Assembly (NCBI GenBank): GCA_041653115.1
Contig: JBAZGA010000008.1
Span: forward strand, 1 to 60,514
Direction: 5' to 3'
Origin: Candidatus Omnitrophota bacterium
Lineage (GTDB): Bacteria; Omnitrophota; Gorgyraeia; Gygaellales; Profunditerraquicolaceae
DNA: 60,514 nt
Position 1 is the stretch's first letter. Each line of letters opens with the position of its first letter. The translations under genes were made by a program, and so were the position numbers. Under the pieces are notes generated by a model, which was not told the DNA's origin, searched no databases, and was given only the letters and a program-made list of their open reading frames with translations. Positions 45,462 through 53,967 of the stretch are shown here, one piece after another.

Positions 45462-47021
45462 ATGAAACAGCCCTTGATAGGCCTATCTCTTGCTTTTTGT
45501 TCAGGTATAATAAGCGCAGTTTACCTGAAAATACCATTTTCTGCTCTCTGTTTGTTAACTTTTCTGTCTTTGGTATCAGCCCTCGTATTTTTAAGACAGA
45601 TTAAGAAGTCTTCTCTTTTTATTCTCGCCACTGTCTTTTTCTTAGGCGCTGTTCTATTAAGAAATTCTCAAACCCTGCCTGATTGCCATATCGCCAGATT
45701 GGCGCCCTATAAAAGCGAAAATCTGCCGGTAATAGGCGTAATTGATAATGACCCTGCTTATCAAGGCAAAAACATATTTTTTGTTCTTAAGGTAGAAAGA
45801 ATTGAAACGGCCGGGTTTTGGCAGAAGGCTTGCGGCAGGGTCCTGGTCAGGGTTTTTAGAAAGGGCGATTTTTCCTACGGCAACAGGGTATTCTTAAAAG
45901 GAAATTTATCCCGGCCGGTTTCTTTCTCCAAAGCTAAATTTAATTACAGAGATTACCTGAGGCGCCGGGGCATTTATTTTATCCTCAGCGTAAAAAAGAA
46001 GAATCTGGTTAAGCGGCTCGAGCAGGACAGGGGCAATCCCATAAGCTCCTTGGCCTTTCGGGCCAGGCGTAAAATGAAAGATATAATCGCGAGAAACTTA
46101 TCGCCTTTTTCGGCAGGGATATTGAATGCCGTTATCTTAGGGGAAAGGCAAGGTTTGCCTATTTATATAAGAGACAGCCTTATGAAGTCGGGGACTGTCC
46201 ACATCATCGCAATTTCCGGCCTGCATTTGGGTATAGCAAGTTTTATCATCTTGTTAATTTTGAAAATAATAAAAGTCCCCCGGAAACCGCGGTATATTCT
46301 TACAATATTGCTGTTGATTTTCTACTGTATTATAACCGGCGCAAAGCTGCCAGTAGTGCGCGCAACGGCTATGGCATCCGCTTTACTCTCTGCTTATTTT
46401 CTTAAACGGGAGATTGATATTTACAATTCTCTCTCAATTGCTGCCCTAATCATACTTTGGATTAATCCTTGGCAGCTTTTTGAAGTTAGTTTTCAACTTT
46501 CCTTTTTAAGCGTGCTTTCTATAGTCTGGCTTTCGCCCAAGATTAAGTCTGTATTTCCCGTAAAGTTAGAGAAAATACCCTGGGCGCGTTTTCTAATTTT
46601 AGCCTTTTCCGTATCATCTGCGGCCTGGCTCGGGCTTCTGCCTCTAACTGCCTATTACTTCAGAATTTTCTCGCCCGTTACCGTACTGGCGAATATGATT
46701 ATTGTCCCTTATATGACGATTATTGTGGCTTCGGGTTTTAGTCTGGTGCTGATTGGCATATTAATTCCCTGCTTAAGCTATATATCCGCAGCAAGCAATG
46801 AGCTGTTTATTTTAATATTATTCAAGATTAATTCCTTGCTAGTCGCTATTCCCGGCGCGTATTTGAAGTTACCCGAGATATCTTTTGCCTGTGTTTTATT
46901 TTATTATCTTCTACTTATATTAATCTTCAATTTTTCTAAAATACCTGCCATGCTTCAGATTATTCAGGGAAAAACGAGATACCCGGAGGTTAAGAAAGAG
47001 GCCGGAGAAAGTGTTCTTTGA
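45462..47021 (+). CDS. comEC: ComEC/Rec2 competence membrane protein (no C-terminal MBL domain)
   Basis: DUF4131-like N-terminus, SGTVHIIAISGLH, PVVRA, FQLSF, NMIIVP. Confidence 0.9.
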   Translation: MKQPLIGLSLAFCSGIISAVYLKIPFSALCLLTFLSLVSALVFLRQIKKSSLFILATVFFLGAVLLRNSQTLPDCHIARLAPYKSENLPVIGVIDNDPAYQGKNIFFVLKVERIETAGFWQKACGRVLVRVFRKGDFSYGNRVFLKGNLSRPVSFSKAKFNYRDYLRRRGIYFILSVKKKNLVKRLEQDRGNPISSLAFRARRKMKDIIARNLSPFSAGILNAVILGERQGLPIYIRDSLMKSGTVHIIAISGLHLGIASFIILLILKIIKVPRKPRYILTILLLIFYCIITGAKLPVVRATAMASALLSAYFLKREIDIYNSLSIAALIILWINPWQLFEVSFQLSFLSVLSIVWLSPKIKSVFPVKLEKIPWARFLILAFSVSSAAWLGLLPLTAYYFRIFSPVTVLANMIIVPYMTIIVASGFSLVLIGILIPCLSYISAASNELFILILFKINSLLVAIPGAYLKLPEISFACVLFYYLLLILIFNFSKIPAMLQIIQGKTRYPEVKKEAGESVL

Positions 47022-47030
47022 AAAAATATC

Positions 47031-47059
47031 TTGACAGAGCATTGAGCATGGTATATATT
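47031..47059 (+). promoter_or_regulatory. sigma70 promoter for fur
   Basis: TTGACA, 17 nt, TATATT. Confidence 0.6.
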
Positions 47060-47062
47060 TAA

Positions 47063-47083
47063 TAATGGAAATCATTTTCATTA
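47063..47083. promoter_or_regulatory. Fur-type operator box 1
   Basis: TAATGGAAAT-C-ATTTTCATTA (10-1-10 palindrome, one mismatch) between the promoter and the fur RBS. Confidence 0.75.
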
Positions 47084-47096
47084 AGGAGTTGGCAAT

Positions 47097-47573
47097 ATGC
47101 CGAGGAGAGGCTGTCTTGGCCCGCACTGGTGGCAGGGAAAATTTAGAGGTTGTGGTTACCGGTTCACGATAGGCCGGGAAGTTATTCTTGATGTCTTGGC
47201 AAAGGCGGAAAAGCATTTAAGCGCCGAAGATATATATATGAAGGTTCATCCCCGCTATCCCAACATTGGCCTGACAACTATTTATAGAACCTTAGATGTT
47301 TTATCGGGTATTGGGCTTGTCTATAAATTTGATTTTGGGGATGGCCGGGCGCGTTACGAGTTGACAGAAGGGCCCAGAGGGATTAACCACCATCATCATT
47401 TAATTTGTACGAATTGCAAAAGGGTGATTGATTATACTGATTTTATCGATGAGGAAGTTGAGCTTTTGCAAGAGACAGAAAAAGGCTTATCTAAAAAATA
47501 TAATTTCAAGATTACAAACCACCTTATTCAATTTTACGGCTTATGTAACAAATGCAAAGGAGAAGCTAAATAA
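47097..47573 (+). CDS. fur: Fur-family metalloregulator
   Basis: HLSAEDIY, IGLTTIYRTL, ARYEL, HHHHLICTNC, FYGLCNKC. Confidence 0.93.
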   Translation: MPRRGCLGPHWWQGKFRGCGYRFTIGREVILDVLAKAEKHLSAEDIYMKVHPRYPNIGLTTIYRTLDVLSGIGLVYKFDFGDGRARYELTEGPRGINHHHHLICTNCKRVIDYTDFIDEEVELLQETEKGLSKKYNFKITNHLIQFYGLCNKCKGEAK

Positions 47574-47593
47574 GGCTATATTTTTTTCTTCAT

Positions 47594-47614
47594 TAGTGGA
47601 AATGGTTTCCATTA
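47594..47614. promoter_or_regulatory. Fur-type operator box 2
   Basis: TAGTGGAAAT-G-GTTTCCATTA upstream of the first NifX-like gene; near-identical to box 1. Confidence 0.75.
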
Positions 47615-47644
47615 AAATATCAATAAATTTAGAAAGGAGGCATT

Positions 47645-48046
47645 ATGCGCGTAGCCATATCTACGGATGGTGATTTTGTATCCGCCCATTTCGGCAGATG
47701 CCCGTCATTTACCGTTCTTGATATCGAAAATGGTAAGCTGACGAAACGTTCTGAACTTGCCAATCCCGGGCATCATCCGGGACTTATTCCGCAATTCCTG
47801 CATGAAAAAGGCGTGGAGTGCATCGTCGCCGGAGGAATGGGTATGCGGGCAACTTCTTTTTTTGAGCAGTTCGGCATCAGGGCAATTGTCGGGGTAAGCG
47901 GAAAAATCGACGAGATTATCGAACAGCTAAAAAAAGGAGATTTAAAAGGCGGAGAAAGCCTTTGCAAACCCGGCGCGGGTAAAGGCTACGGGATAGAGAA
48001 AACAGAATGCGATCACCCGCATAAAGAAGAAGATTGCGGACATTGA
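47645..48046 (+). CDS. NifB/NifX-family FeMo-cofactor-binding-like protein
   Basis: VSAHFGRCPSF, CIVAGGMG, C-terminal Cys/His-rich tail. Confidence 0.88.
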   Translation: MRVAISTDGDFVSAHFGRCPSFTVLDIENGKLTKRSELANPGHHPGLIPQFLHEKGVECIVAGGMGMRATSFFEQFGIRAIVGVSGKIDEIIEQLKKGDLKGGESLCKPGAGKGYGIEKTECDHPHKEEDCGH

Positions 48047-48060
48047 AGGGGGTTTAAAAC

Positions 48061-48438
48061 ATGAAAATATGCATTAGCTCCGAAAGCAATACTTTGGATT
48101 CCAAGGTTGACGCACGTTTCGGCAGGTGCCGGTATTTTATCATCTTAGATACGGAGACTCTGGAGTTTGAAGCTATCCAAAACCCGAATATCGAAACAAT
48201 GGGTGGCGCAGGTATCCAGTCCGCCCAATTAGCCGCTTCTAAACAAGTCAAGGCCGTGCTTGCAGGAAACATCGGGCCAAACGCTTTTCAGACGCTGCAG
48301 GCGGCAGGTATAGATATTTTTAGCGGAGTTTCGGGGACGGTAAAAGAGGCCGTAGAGAAATATAAAAAAGGCGAATTTAAAACAACGCAGAACCCAAGCG
48401 TAAACTCAAAGTATGGTATGCCCGGTAAAAATAAATAA
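48061..48438 (+). CDS. NifB/NifX-family protein (second copy)
   Basis: VDARFGRCRYF, GAGIQSAQ, GNIGPNAF. Confidence 0.88.
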   Translation: MKICISSESNTLDSKVDARFGRCRYFIILDTETLEFEAIQNPNIETMGGAGIQSAQLAASKQVKAVLAGNIGPNAFQTLQAAGIDIFSGVSGTVKEAVEKYKKGEFKTTQNPSVNSKYGMPGKNK

Positions 48439-48475
48439 TAAGCAACGGTTATCAATAGCATAGGAGGTGATAATT

Positions 48476-48727
48476 ATGCCGTTTTTTGAGCCACTGGAAA
48501 AATTGAATCCGAAACACGTTGATCTGGAGAGGGCAAGGAAATCTTTAAGGGAAGAGCTGGAAGCGATAGATTTCTACCAGGAAAGAATAGACGCTACAGA
48601 CGATGAAACCCTGAAGAAAATTTTAGCCCATAATATGAACGAAGAAAAAGAACACGCTGCAATGCTTATAGAGTGGGTTAGGAAAAACGACCCTACGCAG
48701 GATAAAGTATTCGATGAGCATGATTAA
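48476..48727 (+). CDS. Encapsulin-cargo-type ferritin-like protein (EncFtn/Flp)
   Basis: RARKSLREELEAIDFYQERID...ILAHNMNEEKEHAAMLIEWVRKND; ATG 48476 after AGGAGG. Confidence 0.85.
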   Translation: MPFFEPLEKLNPKHVDLERARKSLREELEAIDFYQERIDATDDETLKKILAHNMNEEKEHAAMLIEWVRKNDPTQDKVFDEHD

Positions 48728-48747
48728 GGCTGATTAAGGGGAGGGGG

Positions 48748-48978
48748 GTGTTTGAGATGCCAAGAGGCGACGGAACCGGACCTTTGGGCCAAGGCCCAGG
48801 GGGAGGAAGGGGTATGGGCAGAGGCCGCGGCAGAATGAGCGGCGGCCGTTTAGGAGCGGCAGGACCGGGAGGGAATTGTGTTTGTCCGGGCTGCGGGACT
48901 AAAGTCGCGCATCAGGCCGGGATTCCCTGTTCTTCTATGAGCTGCCCTAAATGCGGGATAAGAATGGTGCGTGAATAA
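48748..48978 (+). CDS. DUF5320-like Gly/Arg-rich protein with C-terminal Cys motifs
   Basis: MPRGDGTGPLG...GRG repeats, CVCPGCG...PC...CPKCG; alternative start ATG 48757. Confidence 0.75.
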   Translation: MFEMPRGDGTGPLGQGPGGGRGMGRGRGRMSGGRLGAAGPGGNCVCPGCGTKVAHQAGIPCSSMSCPKCGIRMVRE

Positions 48979-49594
48979 TAAATTGGATAAAGAAGTTCTG
49001 GAAAATCATCAGAGATATTTAGAGCGCAATAACTTTTATAAGAGGCTCGGCTGCGACATAGATCAGGAAAGAAAATTTATCCTTGATAAGGCTCAGCCTC
49101 TTTTCGGCGATATCCTGGAAGTCGGGACCGGCAGGGGTCATTTTGCGCTTACTCTGGCCCGGAAGGGATACCGGTTTGTCAGCGTTGATGTTTGCGAAGA
49201 GGCGCAAAAAATCGCCAAGCTAAACTTGAGATATTTTGGCCTGGAAGGTCTTGCGGATTTCAGGATTGAGAATGCCGAATCTTTAAGTTTCCAAGATAAA
49301 AGCTTTGATCTGATTTTCTCTATAAATACCTTCCATCATCTGATAAATCCCTTTATAGTAATGGATGAATTAATCAGGGTGCTTACTTTTGAAGGGAAGA
49401 TTATCTTGAGCGATTTTACAAAAGAAGGTTTAGATTTAATGGATAAGATTCATCGAAGCGAAGGAAGAATTCACGAAGTAAGCGAAGTCGCCTTAAGCGA
49501 TATAGAGAAATATCTACTCGGCAAGGGGTTTATCACTACGAAGGAGAGAAGCGAATTCCAGCAAATAGTGATTGCCTGCCATCAAATTATATAA
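48971..49594 (+). CDS. Class I SAM-dependent methyltransferase
   Basis: ILEVGTGRG, ENAESLSFQDKSFDLI, GKIILSD. Confidence 0.88.
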   Translation: MNNKLDKEVLENHQRYLERNNFYKRLGCDIDQERKFILDKAQPLFGDILEVGTGRGHFALTLARKGYRFVSVDVCEEAQKIAKLNLRYFGLEGLADFRIENAESLSFQDKSFDLIFSINTFHHLINPFIVMDELIRVLTFEGKIILSDFTKEGLDLMDKIHRSEGRIHEVSEVALSDIEKYLLGKGFITTKERSEFQQIVIACHQII

Positions 49595-49599
49595 AATCC

Positions 49600-50451
49600 A
49601 TGCTTATTTCGGTTGCCAGCGGGAAAGGCGGGACAGGTAAGACTACCATAGCGATTAATCTGGCCTTAACTTTGAGTAACGTACAGTTTCTTGATTGCGA
49701 CGTTGAGGAACCCAACGCGCACATTTTTTTAAGGCCCGAGATTAAAGAGCAAAAAAAAGCCTACACGCCTGTTCCTGAAATCGACGGGATAAAATGTAAT
49801 TGCTGCGGAAAATGCGCCAGGGTCTGTGTTTATAATGCCATAGCGGTTTTGCCCGCTGCGGGCGGGGGCAAGGGGAATGTTTTGATTTTCCCGCAGCTTT
49901 GCCATGGCTGCGGCGCTTGCACCGCCCTTTGTCCCGAAAAGGCAATCAAAGAAGTAAATCGGGAAATCGGCATAGTAGAATTTGGCAGTTGCGGGCAGAT
50001 GGAATTTATCCAGGGAAAGCTTAATATCGGCGAAGCAATGTCTCCGCCGCTTATCCGGCAGGTTAAAGAGCATATCAAGCCCGAGAAAACCGTAGTCATC
50101 GATGCCCCTCCAGGCACATCCTGTCCTCTTGTCGAATCCGTGAAAGGAAGCGATTTCTCTATTTTGGTTACAGAACCCACCCCTTTCGGGTTAAATGATT
50201 TGGTCTTAGCGGTAGAAGTGCTGAGGAAATTAAAAATTCCTTTTGGGGTAGTAATTAATCGCGCCGATTTGGGAGACGATAAAACCGAAGGATATTGCCG
50301 GCGGGAAAATATTCCCATATTGATGAAAATACCGTTTAAAAAAGAGATAGCCATGGCCTATTCTAAGGGGGAAGCGATGGTTGAGGCGTTCCCGGGGTAT
50401 AAAAAAGAGTTTGCCCTATTATATAAACGGATTGCAGAGCGGATAAAATGA
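49600..50451 (+). CDS. MinD-superfamily P-loop ATPase with inserted 2x[4Fe-4S] ferredoxin
   Basis: SGKGGTGKTT, DCDVEEPN, CNCCGKCARVC, CHGCGACTALCP, DAPPGTSCP, VTEPT. Confidence 0.9.
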   Translation: MLISVASGKGGTGKTTIAINLALTLSNVQFLDCDVEEPNAHIFLRPEIKEQKKAYTPVPEIDGIKCNCCGKCARVCVYNAIAVLPAAGGGKGNVLIFPQLCHGCGACTALCPEKAIKEVNREIGIVEFGSCGQMEFIQGKLNIGEAMSPPLIRQVKEHIKPEKTVVIDAPPGTSCPLVESVKGSDFSILVTEPTPFGLNDLVLAVEVLRKLKIPFGVVINRADLGDDKTEGYCRRENIPILMKIPFKKEIAMAYSKGEAMVEAFPGYKKEFALLYKRIAERIK

Positions 50452-51305
50452 AACAAATCGTAATTATCAGCGGAAAAGGCGGTACCGGCAAGACGGTAAT
50501 TACGGGGGCATTTGCCGCCTTAGCGAAAAATAAAGTTATGGCCGACTGCGATGTTGACGCGGCAGACTTGCATTTATTATTGCAGCCGAATATAAAACAA
50601 CGGCATAATTTTAAAAGCGGGCAGACCGCAATAATCGACAAAAAAAATTGTCAAGAATGCGGCAAATGTATTCTTGCCTGCCGTTTTAATGCCATAAGTC
50701 AGAATTTTATCGTTGATGCTCTTTCCTGCGAAGGGTGCGCTTTTTGCAGCTATATTTGTCCGTTTCAGGCTATAAGCATGGAAGAGAATGTCACGGGAGA
50801 ATGGTTTATCTCCGAAACCCGGTTTGGCCCTCTCGTGCACGCGAAGCTCGGGGCCGCTGAAGAGAATTCGGGTAAACTCGTTTCTTTGGTAAGGCAAGAG
50901 GCAAAAGAATTAGCAGAAAAGAATAATTGCGATTGGGTAATTATTGACGGGGCTCCGGGTATCGGATGTCCGGTAATAGCCTCGCTTTCCGGCGTAGATT
51001 GCGCTTTGGCGGTAACCGAACCCACTTTATCCGGTCTGCATGACGCTATAAGAGTCGTAGATCTGGCCAAGCATTTTGGCGTCAAGATAAAGCTTGTGAT
51101 AAACAAGCACGATTTAAATAGCGAAATGTCAGAAAAAATAGAAGACTACTGCAATAAAAATGGCATTTGTCTAATTGGTAAAATTGGATTTGATGAATCC
51201 GTTGTTAAAGCAATGGTGGAGGGCAAGACTATATTAGAATATAAAGATACAAAAATAAAAGACGAGGTTATTAAAATCTGGGAGCAAATCTCCCCCTGCC
51301 GATGA
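50448..51305 (+). CDS. MinD-superfamily P-loop ATPase with inserted ferredoxin (partner paralogue)
   Basis: SGKGGTGKT, DCDVDAADL, CQECGKCILAC, CEGCAFCSYICP, DGAPGIGCP, VTEPT. Confidence 0.9.
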   Translation: MKQIVIISGKGGTGKTVITGAFAALAKNKVMADCDVDAADLHLLLQPNIKQRHNFKSGQTAIIDKKNCQECGKCILACRFNAISQNFIVDALSCEGCAFCSYICPFQAISMEENVTGEWFISETRFGPLVHAKLGAAEENSGKLVSLVRQEAKELAEKNNCDWVIIDGAPGIGCPVIASLSGVDCALAVTEPTLSGLHDAIRVVDLAKHFGVKIKLVINKHDLNSEMSEKIEDYCNKNGICLIGKIGFDESVVKAMVEGKTILEYKDTKIKDEVIKIWEQISPCR

Positions 51306-51403
51306 TTGCGAATCCCTTGGTCAACCCCCCCCTTTTTTTAAAGGAACCTTTTTTAAATTTTAGCGCATTGGTTCATATTCTCTGATTTGTAACCACGAAT
51401 ATA

Positions 51404-51432
51404 TTGACAAAGGTAGCCGCTTATGTTAATTT
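51404..51432 (+). promoter_or_regulatory. sigma70 promoter
   Basis: TTGACA, 17 nt, TGT-TAATTT extended -10. Confidence 0.6.
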
Positions 51433-51438
51433 AGAGCT

Positions 51439-52395
51439 ATGCTGAAACGCCTGATTTTAATTTTTACCCTGGTTTTCCTGGCCGTATCTATACAGGACGC
51501 CTATGCATATTGGATCTGGACGCCCAAGACCGGCAAATGGATAAATCCCAAGACCGCGGTCAAGCCGACCCCTAAAGAGCAGTTTGACCTTGCCAAAGGC
51601 CTTTATGAGGCAAAGAATTACGAAGAGGCAAAGCGCGAATTCCGCAAGCTCCTCAAGGCCTACCCCAAGTCCTTTGAGGCTTCCGAAAGCCAGTATTATC
51701 TTGGGGTTATTGAAGAGGCGCAAGACAATCTCTACGCGGCATACCAGGCTTACCAAAAGGTAGTCGATAAATACCCTTTTTCCGAACGGATTCAGGAAAT
51801 TATCGAGCACGAATTTAAAATCGCCGAGGAATTTATGGAAGGCAAAAAACGCAAAAGTATGGGCGTAACCCTGCCCGTGGAGAACCCGGCGATAGAAATA
51901 TTTAACAAGGTCATTGAAAACTCGACTTACGGGCCGCTGGCGGCCAAGGCGCAGTATAAATTGGGTTTAGTCTTAAAGAGCCTCTTACGCTATTACGAGG
52001 CAGAAGAGGCGTTTAATAAGGTAATTTCCAATTATCCCGACAGCGAATGGCAGGTTCCGGCAAAATATCAGCTTGCTTTAGTGCGCGCGGCGGTATCCCG
52101 CGGCCCGGATTATGATCAGGGCGCAGCCAAAGAAGCTGAGCGGCAATTTGAAGAATTTGTTAAAGAGCATCCGGATAGCGCATTATCGGATAAGGCAGAA
52201 GAGAACATTTCCGAGCTCAGGGAAAAAGAGGCCGAGAGTTACTATAATATTGCCCGCTTCTACGAGAAACAGAAGGCATTTGATGCGGCCAAGGTTTACT
52301 ATAACGATATCATCTCCAATAGCCCCAATAGCCCCTGGTCGGTAAAGGCGCTGGAAAGACTGCAGATGATGGAGAAGAAGAATGAGAAAAAGTAG
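51439..52395 (+). CDS. bamD: BamD-like TPR outer-membrane assembly protein
   Basis: Signal peptide, repeated TPR units (YPKS, YPFS, YPDS), DYDQG...F..FVKEHPDS, IARFYEK; upstream of lptE-holA. Confidence 0.7.
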   Translation: MLKRLILIFTLVFLAVSIQDAYAYWIWTPKTGKWINPKTAVKPTPKEQFDLAKGLYEAKNYEEAKREFRKLLKAYPKSFEASESQYYLGVIEEAQDNLYAAYQAYQKVVDKYPFSERIQEIIEHEFKIAEEFMEGKKRKSMGVTLPVENPAIEIFNKVIENSTYGPLAAKAQYKLGLVLKSLLRYYEAEEAFNKVISNYPDSEWQVPAKYQLALVRAAVSRGPDYDQGAAKEAERQFEEFVKEHPDSALSDKAEENISELREKEAESYYNIARFYEKQKAFDAAKVYYNDIISNSPNSPWSVKALERLQMMEKKNEKK

Positions 52396-52933
52396 TCTAT
52401 GGCTGGGAATTATTTTACTGCTGACCCTTGCCGGGTGCGGTTATACGACGCGCTCAAATATTTCGCTGAAATATACGACCGTATATATTACACCGTTTAC
52501 CAATAAAATAGATATTACCCAGGAAACCAGCATCGGCAGCAGGTATAAAATCTACAGGCCCTTATTGGAGACCGACGTCACCAGGGCCGTGAACACCCGC
52601 TTCCTTTTAGACGGAAATCTTAAGCCGATAAGAAAAGAATCTGCGGACCTGATTTTAAAGGGCGAACTGGTAGAATTTAACCGCGATGCCGTGCGTTATT
52701 CCGATGATGACGAAGTAGAGGAATACCGGATAAACGTCAGGGTCAATTTATCCCTCTGGGATACGAAAGAAAATAAATTAGTCTGGGAAGAAAAAAATTT
52801 TACCGGTACCGCCAGTTATTTTACCTCATTTTACGCGGTCTCCGCCGAAAGAAAGACGGAAGGTGCGGCAGTAAATGAAGCCATCACCGATTTGGCCCGC
52901 CGGATTGTCGAGCGTACCGTTGAGGAATGGTAG
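52382..52933 (+). CDS. lptE: LPS assembly lipoprotein LptE family
   Basis: Lipobox LAGCGY, TVYITPFTN, ADLILKGEL, DLARRIVE; conserved position before holA-rpsT. Confidence 0.8.
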   Translation: MRKSSLWLGIILLLTLAGCGYTTRSNISLKYTTVYITPFTNKIDITQETSIGSRYKIYRPLLETDVTRAVNTRFLLDGNLKPIRKESADLILKGELVEFNRDAVRYSDDDEVEEYRINVRVNLSLWDTKENKLVWEEKNFTGTASYFTSFYAVSAERKTEGAAVNEAITDLARRIVERTVEEW

Positions 52934-53601
52934 CTAAAAGCAGTTTTCTACATTTATTCATCGGCCGGGACAGTTATCATAAGGATATAAAACTCGCCAG
53001 AATCAAGCAAGAAGTTCTTTCCCCCCAGCTGCAGGATTTTAATCTGGATATATTATACGCCAGGGACTTAAGCCTGAATAAGCTCCAGGAGCAGCTCTTA
53101 TGGCTGCCGCTGGGTGCTAAGAAAAGGATTGTGGTGATAAAAGAAGCGCAATCCTTAAAGGAAGAGCTTAAGGGGTTTATTCTGAAATATATAAAATCCC
53201 CGCAGCCGCAGCTGATTTTAATCCTGGATATAAGCCGCCAAGACCCCAAAGACAGGTTTATCAAGCAGTTTGCATCAGTGAGCCAGGTTTACCGCTTTGG
53301 CGAAGACGCCTACCATTTGGATACTTTTAGTTTAAGCCGGCAGATAGAATTAAGAAGAGCGGACTTCAGCCTGCGCCTGCTTGACCAGCTTCTGAAAAAC
53401 GGAGAAAAGCCGGAACGGATTATGGGCGGGTTAAGATATGTCTGGGAGAAGGATTCGGCTCATCCCTTAGAGAGCAGGAAAAGGCTCAGGCTGCTCTTAA
53501 ATTGCGATATTGAAATTAAAAGAGGAAGGCTCTTGCCTCAGTTCGCCCTGGAAAAGCTGGTCGTCAGCCTATGCGCCCTTAGTAAGGGAAAAAAGCCGTA
53601 A
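52927..53601 (+). CDS. holA: DNA polymerase III delta subunit (short)
   Basis: HLFIGRD, DFNLDILYA, LPLGAKKRIVVIKEA, C-terminal D..IKRG...FALEKLV; lptE-holA-rpsT synteny. Confidence 0.8.
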   Translation: MVAKSSFLHLFIGRDSYHKDIKLARIKQEVLSPQLQDFNLDILYARDLSLNKLQEQLLWLPLGAKKRIVVIKEAQSLKEELKGFILKYIKSPQPQLILILDISRQDPKDRFIKQFASVSQVYRFGEDAYHLDTFSLSRQIELRRADFSLRLLDQLLKNGEKPERIMGGLRYVWEKDSAHPLESRKRLRLLLNCDIEIKRGRLLPQFALEKLVVSLCALSKGKKP

Positions 53602-53844
53602 GCTCAGCCGGGATTTCTTGCGGTTGGCGGTGTTGGGATGGACGATCTTTTTTTTCGCGGCTTTGTCCAGCTCTTTATAGACGTATTTAAGCATTTGTCT
53701 TGCTTCGTCAATTTTTTTAGCCGACAATAGCGCCTGGAATTTTTTTAGGGTTTTTTTAAGCTTTTGTTTCACTCTTAAATTACGCAGGTGCTTTTTTTTA
53801 TCTACGCGTATTCTTTTTACGGAAGTTCTGCGTCTGGTAGCCAT
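53569..53844 (-). CDS. rpsT: 30S ribosomal protein S20
   Basis: TSVKRIR, LRNLRVK, LDKAAKKKIVHPNTANRKKSRL; ATG at 53844 with GGAG RBS. Confidence 0.93.
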   Translation of the reverse strand: MATRRRTSVKRIRVDKKKHLRNLRVKQKLKKTLKKFQALLSAKKIDEARQMLKYVYKELDKAAKKKIVHPNTANRKKSRLSLRLFSLTKGA

Positions 53845-53862
53845 ATTTAATCTCCATAATGT

Positions 53863-53934
53863 TAAATTCACGCCGTTACTTTCAACAAATGTTTACGGTG
53901 TGAATTTACTCCTCGCGCAGAGGCGCGAGGAGCT
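53863..53934. repeat. Tandem hairpin element between rpsT and murJ
   Basis: TAAATTCACGCCGT 53863-53876/ACGGTGTGAATTTA 53895-53908, then perfect CTCCTCGCGC/GCGCGAGGAG 53909-53932. Confidence 0.8.
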
Positions 53935-53967
53935 AATTTCATTACCTTATATCATAATTGTAAACTT

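Noticed and set aside
47645-48438. Nitrogen fixation genes
   Set aside because: NifX-like domains only; no nifHDK, nifEN or the radical SAM domain of NifB.
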